From: a candidate division FCPU426 bacterium
GTDB lineage: Bacteria > Oederibacteriota > Muellerivitia > Muellerivitales > Muellerivitaceae
Reading direction: 5' to 3'
DNA: 41,959 nt
Assembly (NCBI GenBank): GCA_963830915.1
Contig: CAWHOE010000002.1
Coordinates: 1 to 41,959, forward strand
Shown: positions 8,292 through 17,600 of the stretch, in pieces
Layout: each line of letters begins with the position of its first letter
Position numbering within the stretch: position 1 is the first letter of the stretch
The notes under the pieces: model-generated
Seen by the model: the letters and a program-made list of their open reading frames with translations, nothing else
Told to the model about the DNA's origin: nothing
The model's database searches: none
Made by a program: the position numbers and the translations under genes

Positions 8292-10343
8292 ATGGGCAAT
8301 TACGGCACATTCCTCCAGGACCTGGCCATGGTGCTTTGCGTGGCGGCGGTCATCACGGTCATCTTCCAGCGGCTCCATCAACCGGTCATCCTGGGCTACC
8401 TTTTGGCGGGCCTGATCCTGGGCCCCCACGTGCCCATCCCCCTTTTCGCCAACGTGGAGACGGTCAAGACCCTTTCCGAACTGGGGGTCATCCTGGTCAT
8501 GTTCTCCATCGGGCTGGAATTCTCCATCCGACGCCTGGCGCGCGTGCTACCCACCGCCGGCCTCACCACCCTCATTGAGATGAGTGTCATGGGATGGCTG
8601 GGCTTCATCGCCGGCCACATGATGGGTTGGACCAACCTGGAGTCCCTTTTCGCCGGGGCTATCCTTTCCTTCTCCTCCACCATGATCGCGGCCAAGACCC
8701 TGACCGAGAACAGCCAGAACGAGGCCCTCAACCGCATGGTCATCGGCGTGTTGGTGGTGCAGGACGTGGCGGCGGTACTGGTTTTGGCGGTCCTGACCCC
8801 CCTGGCCCAGGGGGCCCATCTTTCGCTGATGGCCCTTTCCATGACCACCGGAAGCCTGATCGGTTTTTTGGCCGTGCTTTTCGGGATAGGGTTCCTTCTC
8901 ATCCCCCGCCTGATCCGTTTCGTGGTGGGTTTGAACAACCCGGAGACCCTGCTGGTGGCGGTGGTGGGCATCTGTTTCGCCATGGCCCTGCTGGCCCAGA
9001 AAGGCGGCTACTCGGTGGCCCTGGGGGCTTTCCTGGCCGGCATGCTGGTGGCCGAATCGGGGGCCACCCATTCCATCGAGCGCCTGATCCATCCCTTGCG
9101 GGACATGTTCTCCGCCGTCTTCTTCGTGTCGGTGGGGATGCTGGTCGACCCTTCCGTGCTATTGAAACATTGGGCCGCGGTCCTACTGCTGACCCTGCTG
9201 GTGACGGTCGGCCAGATCGCGAGCGTATCCCTGGGCGTCTTTCTCACGGGCCGCCCCTTGAAGACCGCCCTCCAGGCCGGCATGAGCCTGGCCCAGATCG
9301 GTGAGTTCTCCTTCATCATCGCCCGCATGGGCGTGGACCGGGGAGTGATCGGCGAGTTCGTCTACGATACGGCGGTGGCCGTGTCGGTCGTGACGGCCTT
9401 CCTGACGCCCTGGCTCATCCGCTCTTCCGTTCCCTTTTCCAAATGGGTGGACCGGCACCTTCCCGTCCCATTACAAACATTCACTTCCCTTTATGGCTCC
9501 TGGCTGGAGGAATTGAAGTCGGAGAAGCAGGAGCAGACCCTCTTCCAACGCTCCCGCCGGATCGTCGGGTTCCTGGCCCTGGATACCCTCTCGTTGGTCG
9601 TCATCACCATCACCACCGCCGCCAGCGTCAAGCGCTGGTCGCCCCAAATCCAAAGTTTCCTGGGGCTGCCCTCCGGATGGGGACCTTTCTTTTTGATCCT
9701 CGCCGGATGCCTGGTGGCCATCCCTTTCCTGATCGGGGTCTTGGGACGGGCCAAGAGCCTGGGAGGGATATTGGCCGCGGCCGCCATACCGCCCGCCGAG
9801 CCTGACAAAGTGGATTTTGGCCTGGCCCCCCGCAAGGTCCTGACCGTGACTTTCCAGGTCGGCGTCATTTTCGGGGTCGGCCTTCCCCTGATGTCCCTGA
9901 CCCAGCCCTTCCTGCCTTTCGGCTACAGCCCGGCTGTCTTTTTGGGCGTGTTAACGCTGATCGGGGTCGTGTTCTGGAAGAGCGCCTTGAACCTGCAGGA
10001 CCATGTGCACGCCGGAGCCCAGATGGTGGCCGACGCCCTGGCCCACCACGCCCTGGAGCGGTCGGAAGCGTTGTTGACCCAGGTGAACACCATGGTGCCG
10101 GGCATCGGGGCCCCAACCTCGGTGAGACTTTCCCCAGAGTGTCAGGCGGTCAGCAAAACTTTGGCGGAGTTGAACCTGCGGATCACCACCGGCGCCTCGA
10201 TCATCGCCATCCTCAGGGGAGAGGAACGCATCCTCATGCCGGCGGGCAACGAGGTCTTGCAAGCGGGGGACGGGGTCGTTTTGGTGGGCACCCAGGATTC
10301 CATCCGCTCGGCCAAAGACATCCTTCAGAAGCCAAGACCCTGA
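8292..10343 (+). CDS. CPA2 cation:proton antiporter with C-terminal TrkA-C (RCK_C) domain
   Basis: QPVILGYLLAGLILGP, FSIGLEF, SFSST, VVQD, LGAFLAG, FFVSVG, QIGEFSFII; C-terminal KTLAELNLR..TGASIIAILRG..P...LQAGD. Confidence 0.9.
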   Translation: MGNYGTFLQDLAMVLCVAAVITVIFQRLHQPVILGYLLAGLILGPHVPIPLFANVETVKTLSELGVILVMFSIGLEFSIRRLARVLPTAGLTTLIEMSVMGWLGFIAGHMMGWTNLESLFAGAILSFSSTMIAAKTLTENSQNEALNRMVIGVLVVQDVAAVLVLAVLTPLAQGAHLSLMALSMTTGSLIGFLAVLFGIGFLLIPRLIRFVVGLNNPETLLVAVVGICFAMALLAQKGGYSVALGAFLAGMLVAESGATHSIERLIHPLRDMFSAVFFVSVGMLVDPSVLLKHWAAVLLLTLLVTVGQIASVSLGVFLTGRPLKTALQAGMSLAQIGEFSFIIARMGVDRGVIGEFVYDTAVAVSVVTAFLTPWLIRSSVPFSKWVDRHLPVPLQTFTSLYGSWLEELKSEKQEQTLFQRSRRIVGFLALDTLSLVVITITTAASVKRWSPQIQSFLGLPSGWGPFFLILAGCLVAIPFLIGVLGRAKSLGGILAAAAIPPAEPDKVDFGLAPRKVLTVTFQVGVIFGVGLPLMSLTQPFLPFGYSPAVFLGVLTLIGVVFWKSALNLQDHVHAGAQMVADALAHHALERSEALLTQVNTMVPGIGAPTSVRLSPECQAVSKTLAELNLRITTGASIIAILRGEERILMPAGNEVLQAGDGVVLVGTQDSIRSAKDILQKPRP

Positions 10344-10470
10344 AACCCTCATCTTTGAATTTTGTTCAATTTCTCAATTTTCAGGGCTCTCCAACCCAAA
10401 AAAACTCCAAAAGTCGTTAACAAACCTCAAATCCGAGCTCAAAAGTCATCTTTTTTAAGCTCTAAAATAA

Positions 10471-10493
10471 AATATTAAAATTTTATTAATATT
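10471..10493. promoter_or_regulatory. Candidate response-regulator operator (11-bp direct repeat)
   Basis: AATATTAAAATTTTATTAATATT, 21/23 identical to 34969-34991. Confidence 0.55.
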
Positions 10494-10579
10494 CATTGAT
10501 TTCAGTTTGAAAAAGCTTTAAATGAATCGGCTTATCAACCCGTTTATTTTCAAAGTTGATAAAACGAGGTCTTGAAGCC

Positions 10580-12418
10580 ATGGTCGACGTCACCAAGCCA
10601 ACGGTCCAGGTCAAAAAACTAGGGTGGATCCTCGTCTTCGCCATCGTCTACGCGGACATCGGCACCTCTGTCTTTTATACCCCCGGCATCCTCTACGGCT
10701 CCATCGGCAACCTGGCCACCCTGGCCCAGTTCATCACCACGGGCGTCTTCATTTCCATCGCCCTGAAATATGTCGAGATCTGCGACCGCTGCCCCGACGG
10801 CGGCGGCGTGGTGTCCATCACCCGCGAGGCCTTCTCGGCCTGGGAATTCCTGCCCCTGGTGGGCGGCGCTTTCATCACCGTCGACTATTTCCTGACCTCG
10901 GCCATCTCGGGCGTGTCCGGCCTCTATTATCTTTGCAGTTTGCTGCCCGAGGCCAAGGACCTGGTCATCCCGGCCGCCATGATCCTTTTCCTGGCGCTCA
11001 TCCTCATCAACATCATCGGCATCAAGGAGTCCGCCTCGGTCACTTCCTCCTTCGCCGCGGTGGAGATCGTGGTGACCTTCCTGCTCCTCGGCACCGCCTA
11101 TTTCTTCATCAGCATCGCCTCCAAACTGAACTGGGCGGGCCTTTGGCACAGCATCATCCATCCCGGCATTCCCCTGACCTTCGGTTCCCTGGCCATCGGA
11201 TACGCGACCACCTGGCTGGCCTATTCGGGCCTGGAATCGGTGGCCCAGATCTCCGGCTCGATGAAGACCCCTATCAAGTCCACTTCCTCCACCGCCATGT
11301 GGTGGGTCATCGGGACCATCGCCATCATCAGCTCGCCCATGACGGCCGCCGCCCTGTACATCCTTCCCGATTCGGTCAAACAGAACCAGTCGGACTCCCT
11401 TCTGTCCGCCCTGGGGTTCGCCGTGGGAGGCCCCGCCATGGGCATCGCGGTGGTCGTCGCCGCCTCCGCCCTGCTCTTCATGGCCTGTAACACGGCCATC
11501 GTGGGCAATTACCACGTGAACGTCCGTCTTTCGGACCTGGGATTCCTGCCTTCCTTCTTGAGGAAGCGCCACCCCACCCTGGCCACCCCCTATCTATCCA
11601 TCCTCATCTCCGGCCTGGTCCCCATGGCCATCATCCTCATCACCCAGGCCAACGTGGACGCCCTGGGCGACCTTTACAACTTCGGCCTCCTGGGAACCCT
11701 CTCGATGTCTTCCCTCGCCATCGACAAGCTCCGCTGGCGGGACGGGACAAGGGGGCTCAAATTCTGGAGCGGTGTTTTCACCAGCGTCGCCCTATTGGCC
11801 GCCTGGTTCATCAATATGGTCCACAAGCCCCACGCGCTGATGTTCGGCGGGACCATCGCCCTGGTCATCGTCCTCTCCGGCGTCTGGCACCGCGTCAAGG
11901 CGGCGACCAAAGCGGAAACCCAGTTCGCCCAGGCCGAATCCAGCGTCGCGGACCTGCCCGAGGCCGCCAACATCCTGACCCTGGAAGAGGCCTTGGAAGC
12001 CAGCACCTTCGAGACCTCGCCCATCATCGTGGCCCTGAGGTATGTGAACGCCCATCTATTGGAAACCGCGGTGACCTACGCCAAGGGAATGAAACGGGGC
12101 AATATCTACGTGGTTTATGTGGATGAAATGCCCGGGTTGTTCCTGCCGCCCGTCATCAAGCCCACCCCCGAGGCCATCCAGGTGCTGACAACGTCCTGTA
12201 ATGTGCTGGAAAAAATGGGCGTGGCCGGCATCCCCATCTGGCGCATGGCGGAGGACGCGGGGCTCTCACTGGCCGAGGCCGCCAAGGGCCTGGGCGTGAA
12301 GCACGTGTTCGTCGGCTCCTCCAAGCGCACATTCTTCTGGCGCATGGTCCGGGGCCGCATGTTGAAACGCCTGGCCGCCGAGCTCCCCGAGGACGCCGAC
12401 CTGATCATCGTCGGGTAA
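10580..12418 (+). CDS. APC-superfamily permease with C-terminal USP-like domain (probable K+ transporter)
   Basis: TM1 YADIGTSVFY resembles Kup YGDIGTSPLY; GGG, AYSGLES, TPY motifs; C-terminal AEAAKGLGVKHVFVGSSKR...RG USP-like tail. Confidence 0.8.
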   Translation: MVDVTKPTVQVKKLGWILVFAIVYADIGTSVFYTPGILYGSIGNLATLAQFITTGVFISIALKYVEICDRCPDGGGVVSITREAFSAWEFLPLVGGAFITVDYFLTSAISGVSGLYYLCSLLPEAKDLVIPAAMILFLALILINIIGIKESASVTSSFAAVEIVVTFLLLGTAYFFISIASKLNWAGLWHSIIHPGIPLTFGSLAIGYATTWLAYSGLESVAQISGSMKTPIKSTSSTAMWWVIGTIAIISSPMTAAALYILPDSVKQNQSDSLLSALGFAVGGPAMGIAVVVAASALLFMACNTAIVGNYHVNVRLSDLGFLPSFLRKRHPTLATPYLSILISGLVPMAIILITQANVDALGDLYNFGLLGTLSMSSLAIDKLRWRDGTRGLKFWSGVFTSVALLAAWFINMVHKPHALMFGGTIALVIVLSGVWHRVKAATKAETQFAQAESSVADLPEAANILTLEEALEASTFETSPIIVALRYVNAHLLETAVTYAKGMKRGNIYVVYVDEMPGLFLPPVIKPTPEAIQVLTTSCNVLEKMGVAGIPIWRMAEDAGLSLAEAAKGLGVKHVFVGSSKRTFFWRMVRGRMLKRLAAELPEDADLIIVG

Positions 12419-12480
12419 GGGCTGAAGGGTCGGACGTTCTTTTTTTCTTAGGCGGGAAAAACCGCTGGATCGAAAAAACC

Positions 12481-13151
12481 TTAGGGCTTCACGCTGATGT
12501 CTTTGGTCAGATGGCGGCCGTTGGACTGGACCTCGATCTGGTATCCACCGGGAGGCGCGGACTGACCGTCCGGAAGAAGGCCATCCCATTGGAAAATCCA
12601 CTCGCCCGGCTGCACCATCCCCGAATAAAGCGCGCGAACCTCTTGCCCGCCTTGACCCAGTATCCGAACGGTGACAGGGGCCGCCTGCGCCGTGTGGACG
12701 ATGACCCTGAGCCCGTTATCGACCGTTTGGGTCGAGGCTGGCTGGGGTGAAACGGGCGCGGGACGTGCCACCTTCGCGATCGATGACTTAACGGAAGAAA
12801 CATCCCGGTGGACGGCATGGTCCTCACCGGCACCGAAGCGGAAACTTTCACCGGCGTTGGGTTGGGCCAGAATTTCCATACGGCCGCCCCGATGACACCC
12901 GCGCCCAATATTGCCGCGATCACCCATTTCATCGCCACTCCGCTCCAACCAACCGGGCCGGCGGTCTTGGGAAGGGTTTGAAGGCTTTGGGGCAGGGGCT
13001 GGTGGGGTAACCCGATCTTCTGGCGGTAAAGCTCAAGCTGGGCCTCAAAACCCAAGGCGGACTCGGGTGATTCTTTCAAAGCTTTTTCCAGAGCGTCCAT
13101 TTCGGTTTCGCTCAAGTCCCGCTTGAAGAAATCTTGAAGTAGATCCGCCAA
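12481..13151 (-). CDS. Membrane anti-sigma factor with C-terminal FlgD-Ig-like domain (one frameshift near 12825)
   Basis: Starts 2 nt after the ECF stop. N-terminal helical domain, one TM (WVIAAILGAGVIGAAVW), linker. Adding one G in GTG[G]AG joins it to VTVRILGQGGQEVRALYSG...FQWDG..PDG...PPGGYQIEV. Confidence 0.7.
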
Positions 13152-13152
13152 T

Positions 13153-13716
13153 TTAAGCCTCGTTCAAAACTTGTTGGACCAACACTTTCAGGGCCTTCTT
13201 GCACCTGGACAGCCTCGACATGACCGTTCCCAAAGGCAGTTGTAAGGCGACCCCGATGTCGGCGTAGGGCATGCCGTCAAAGTCGCGCAATTGGATGATC
13301 CGCCGGCAATCCTCGCCGATCTTTTCTAAACATTTCTCGACCAAGCGCAGTTTCGCCTGCTTCTCATCCTTCTCGGCCTGTCCCCCGCCGTCCCTCAAAA
13401 CCGCCGCGCCCAAGAGTTCCTCGAGCGAGTCATGCTCATGGGCCACCGTCTTGGCACGTTTACGGAAACGGTTGAAGCATTGGTGGATGCCGATCTGGGT
13501 CAGCCAGGTCGACAGGCTGGAACGGAACTCGAATTCTCCCATCAAGCGGAAAGCGGTCAGGAAAGCCTCCTGCACCACGTCCTCCGCCTCATGGTCCTCG
13601 TAACCCAGAAGGTTCACGCAGTTCCGGTAAAGCCTTTCGCGATGGGTGACGTAAAACAGGGTTTTGGCCTGGTCGTCGCCCTCGAGGATCTTTCGTACCA
13701 GTTCTCGTTCGTCCAA
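13153..13716 (-). CDS. ECF sigma-70 factor
   Basis: Region 2 EAEDVVQEAF..AF..FEFRSSLSTWL; region 4 LRDFDGMPYADIGVALQLPLGTVMSRLSR. TTG start with AGAGGA RBS. Confidence 0.92.
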   Translation of the reverse strand: MDERELVRKILEGDDQAKTLFYVTHRERLYRNCVNLLGYEDHEAEDVVQEAFLTAFRLMGEFEFRSSLSTWLTQIGIHQCFNRFRKRAKTVAHEHDSLEELLGAAVLRDGGGQAEKDEKQAKLRLVEKCLEKIGEDCRRIIQLRDFDGMPYADIGVALQLPLGTVMSRLSRCKKALKVLVQQVLNEA

Positions 13717-13729
13717 AACATCCTCTATC

Positions 13730-13761
13730 GATGAGGGTTTTTAGGGAGGTGTTTTATTCCC
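13730..13761 (-). promoter_or_regulatory. Putative ECF promoter (autoregulatory copy)
   Basis: GGGAATAAAA-N12-AACCCTCATC ending 14 nt before the ECF start codon. Confidence 0.7.
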
Positions 13762-13826
13762 TAACGGGTGGATTATCCCAAAAAAGCCAGAAGGGGTCAT
13801 GAGGTCACCCACAAACCCGATTTGGC

Positions 13827-13858
13827 GGGAATAAAAAACCCTAGTTCTAACCCTCATC
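13827..13858 (+). promoter_or_regulatory. Putative ECF promoter (divergent copy)
   Basis: Identical boxes and N12 spacing to 13730-13761, with a different spacer sequence. Confidence 0.7.
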
Positions 13859-14063
13859 ATATGGAGGGATATCCGAACGAACAACGGTAATCCTTTTAAT
13901 GATCGATAGACCTGACTTTTTAAGGCCGGCCGGGCGATCGCGAAGGAACTGAACGACAGCCGAATTGGCCGCCAAAAAGTTTGACCTCTCGCGGAAATAT
14001 AGGGTCTTCCCCCAATATCCGGGAGGGCCAAAACGAATTAAGTCGTTCGACGCCACCGGCTCG

Positions 14064-14097
14064 AGCGGGCGAAGAGACTCGTCCGCTGGATTTTTTT
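14064..14097 (+). terminator. Putative intrinsic terminator
   Basis: AGCGGGCGA/TCGTCCGCT 9-bp stem followed by GGA-T7. Confidence 0.55.
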
Positions 14098-14135
14098 GTT
14101 CTCCCTAATAATGTACAAATAATGTCTCGTTAGGT

Positions 14136-14151
14136 TGGCACTCATATTGCA
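14136..14151 (+). promoter_or_regulatory. Sigma-54 (-24/-12) promoter
   Basis: TGGCAC-TCATA-TTGCA, 24 nt upstream of ATG 14176. Confidence 0.8.
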
Positions 14152-14175
14152 TGCGTTCAAGTCAAGGGGCGAAAA

Positions 14176-14415
14176 ATGGAAGAGATCCGTTGCGAAGAAG
14201 TCAACGAACAGCTTGGGGCTTACCGGCATTCGCTCGTAGGTCATCCCGAAAAAGGCCGGATCGAGAGACATTTGTTCTATTGCCACGCTTGCGTCGACCG
14301 ATTGGCGATCCTGACAGCTAACGATCCGCCTGTCGGAAAAGTGTCCAGGTTGTCGCTAAATAAAACAAACCCGATCGACGTTTGGACCGGTTGGGTGAAA
14401 GCCATGGCGCCGTGA
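14176..14415 (+). CDS. Stand-alone zinc-finger anti-sigma-like (zf-HC2) microprotein
   Basis: CEEVNEQLGAY...IERHLFYCHAC (H-x3-C-x2-C); AAGGGG RBS; no TM. Confidence 0.7.
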   Translation: MEEIRCEEVNEQLGAYRHSLVGHPEKGRIERHLFYCHACVDRLAILTANDPPVGKVSRLSLNKTNPIDVWTGWVKAMAP

Positions 14416-14474
14416 CTTATTCCCGTCCTTGGGCGGGCGGCGGCGGGATGGTCCCACAAGAAAGGAAAAGAACC

Positions 14475-14606
14475 ATGGACCAATTATTGGAAAACATAAT
14501 GAAAATTCTCATTTCAGACATCACCGAGGAGATCGAGCAGGAAACCAAAACGCAAAACGAACATGAAGTTCAGGCGGACGCGCGGTCCCAAAATAAAACC
14601 GCCTAA
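14475..14606 (+). CDS. Small acidic hypothetical protein (43 aa)
   Basis: AAAGGA RBS before ATG; MDQLLENIMKILISDITEEIEQE amphipathic helix. Confidence 0.45.
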   Translation: MDQLLENIMKILISDITEEIEQETKTQNEHEVQADARSQNKTA

Positions 14607-14696
14607 AGGTTTTTGCCCGCGGATGAAATCCGGGCGGGAAACAGGGAGACGTTTCAAAACTCAAACTATTTTCATCCTCATCTTCTGGAGATGCCC

Positions 14697-17600
14697 ATGA
14701 AACATATCTCGGACCAGTATATAAAAGTGATTCGTACCTTCATCGGGGCCCTGTGTCTTACGTTCCTGGCAACCGGCCGGGTCTTACCCGCCCCGTTCCA
14801 GGCTTCCGCGCAAGACCTTTTCCTGGATCAGGCCCCTCCCGCCTCCGCCCACACCCAGCCGTCCCGGGAACTCAGGGGGCGATGGGCTTCTTTGAAACCC
14901 GGTTTGCTGGCGGAACTGCGGGATCATTTCAAGGGTCCGGGTCATAAACCCTCCTTCCGGTTCAACTTTTTCGATGACGCGGCCCACGAACTCTTGATCG
15001 ACCGGTTCCACACCACGGGCCCCAACCGCGCGTCCTTGTGGGGCCGGGTGAACGGCAAACCTGGCGGTTTCGCCGTGATTGCCTTGGAAGGGAACGCCAT
15101 GTCCGCGCGCGTATTCGTGCCAGGCGAGGGGACCTATCGGGTCCATTACGCCGGGAATGGGGTCCACCGGGTGTGGCAGGAAAAGGAGGGGACTGGGTCC
15201 CATTGCGCTTTGGAAGGCCCTGACGCCCCCGTCACCAGCGCCTTCATGCCCCAGGAAGGCCAGCCGCTCTGGCTTCCCCAGAATTACCCCGTGGGTTGCG
15301 CTTACTCAGGTTCGCCGGTGGTCGTGGACCTCTTGGCCCTCTATACCCCCAAAGCCCTGGCGGAGGAAGGAAGCCTTGCGGCGCTGGACACGGATATGGA
15401 CGAGGCTTTGGCCTATACCAACATGGCTTACGTCAACAGCCAGGTGAACGTGGAAATGCGTCTGGTGGGGTTAGTCCCGGTTTCCTACAACGAAGCGGGC
15501 ATATCCACGGACTTCAGCGATCTGGTGAACTACGCCTCCACTCCGGGCCTGACCAACCTGGCGGCCTGGCGGACCAGCTATGGGGCGGACCTGGTGGCCC
15601 TGGTGGAAAGCGACGGCGCTGGAACCTCGACAGGCGGGGGTGGGGAGATCGGGGGGGAGGCGGTCATCGGGGGCTGGCTCTCGGTCGATACTTTGGATGA
15701 GTTGGACGCGACCTTGCCCCATGAGACCGGCCATAACTTCGGATGCATGCATGACCGGCAGACATTGGGCGAGCCCACCGGCAACGGCTACGACTTCGGC
15801 TACCGTTTCACCGCCCAGGGCGTGACCTTCCATGACATCATGGCCTACGACCCTGGCGCGACCATCCCCTATTTTTCCAACCCGAACGTGAGTTACTTCG
15901 GGGTTCCCGAGGGGGTGCCGGATACGGACCCCACGGCGGCCGATACGGCGCGGGTCATCAACCAATACGCCCCAAGTGTCGCGGCCTACGAACCCACGGC
16001 ATCCGGTGATACCCTGCCCAGTGTGGAAGTGATCTCCCCAGCGCCTGGCCTCTCCGTTCCCGGTCCGGCCGGTGTCACCCTCTCCGCCGACGCGACGGCC
16101 AACAACGGCGGCAGTATCGCCCAGGTGGACTTTTTCGTCGACAGCCTTTACGTAGGCACCTCCACATCCGCGCCCTTCCAATACTTTTGGCAGACGGTCT
16201 CGGAAGGTAGCCATTTCGTGACGGCCCACGCCATCGACAACGGCGGGGGCCTGCGGTTCTCCTGCCCGGTGAGCTTTTACGCGCCGAAAACCCTGCCGTC
16301 TCCCTGGGTCGATCAGGATGTGGGCCCTTTCATTTCCCCCGCGGGAAGCGCCAATTATTCCGCCGGTACCTTCACCCTCAACGCTTCCTATTACGACCCA
16401 TTGCGTGTGACATACCCCGACAATGACGCCTCTTACGAGTCTGTCCATTACGTCTACCAGCCCTTCTGCGGGAACGGAGCCGTCACGGCCCGGATCGTCA
16501 GCGAAACCAGCGGGGGCGGGGACGAGCCTGGGTGTTTTGTGGGGGTTATGTTCCGCCAAAGCCTGGCCCCCGAATCGCCCATGGTGTGGGTCGGTTACCA
16601 GAATTACGGCGGTTGGGACGTCCCAACATCCTTTTACCGCGCCACAGCCTCAGCCCAGGATACAAACGGCCCTAACATCAATGTACCGGGCCTGCCCTAT
16701 TGGGTCAGTCTGTCGCGGACCGGGGATGTGTTCCAATGGTCCTTCTCCCCCGACGGGGTCGCCTGGACCACCGATCCGACCTGGACCACGACCATCCCCA
16801 TGGGGACGAATATCTACGTGGGCCTGGCCGCCACCAGCGGCAATCCGGCGCTTCTCAACACGGCGGTGGTCGATAACGTCTCCGTGACCATGGCCTGTGT
16901 CCCGCCCACCTACACCCCCACCCCCACCATCACGCAGACCTTCACGGTAACCTTGACTCCCACCCTCACCTTGACCCCTACGATGACACCGACAGCCACC
17001 CCCCTGCCCTGCGCCCTGGTCATACCCTCCGGCGCGAGCGTCACCTTGTCCAACAACACCTACAGTTTTTGTTCGGTGAATGTTCAATCCGGCGGCACCC
17101 TGATCATCGGCGGGGCCGTCACCCTGAACCTCACGGGTTTCTTGAACGTGGACGGGACCATCAACGGGGCCGGTAACGGATATGGTTCCAGCTTCGCGCC
17201 CGGATCTGGCCCTGGGGCCGGGGGAAACAGCATTACCACGGGAGGGGCCTGCGGTGGTGGACACGGAGGATCCGGGGGATTTGGGAACGGTATGTTTCAT
17301 GGTATAGCCGGGGCTACCTATGATTCCCCCACTCAGCCGGTCTCGATGGGAAGCCAGGGCGGCACTGGTTTTGGCCCATCCAATACCGGGGGTTATGGCG
17401 GAGCGGCCCTGGTAGTGGATGTCCCCGCCGGGAACGTGACCATCAACGGTAATATCATCATGAACGGCGGTTCCGCCAGTTCAATTGGTAATGGCGGAGG
17501 TGGCTCGGGGGGGACTATTTCCATCGACGCTGTCGGGATCTATGGCACCGGTTACCTGATGGCCGAGGGCGGCATGGGAGGGGCGAACAGCGCCGGCGTG

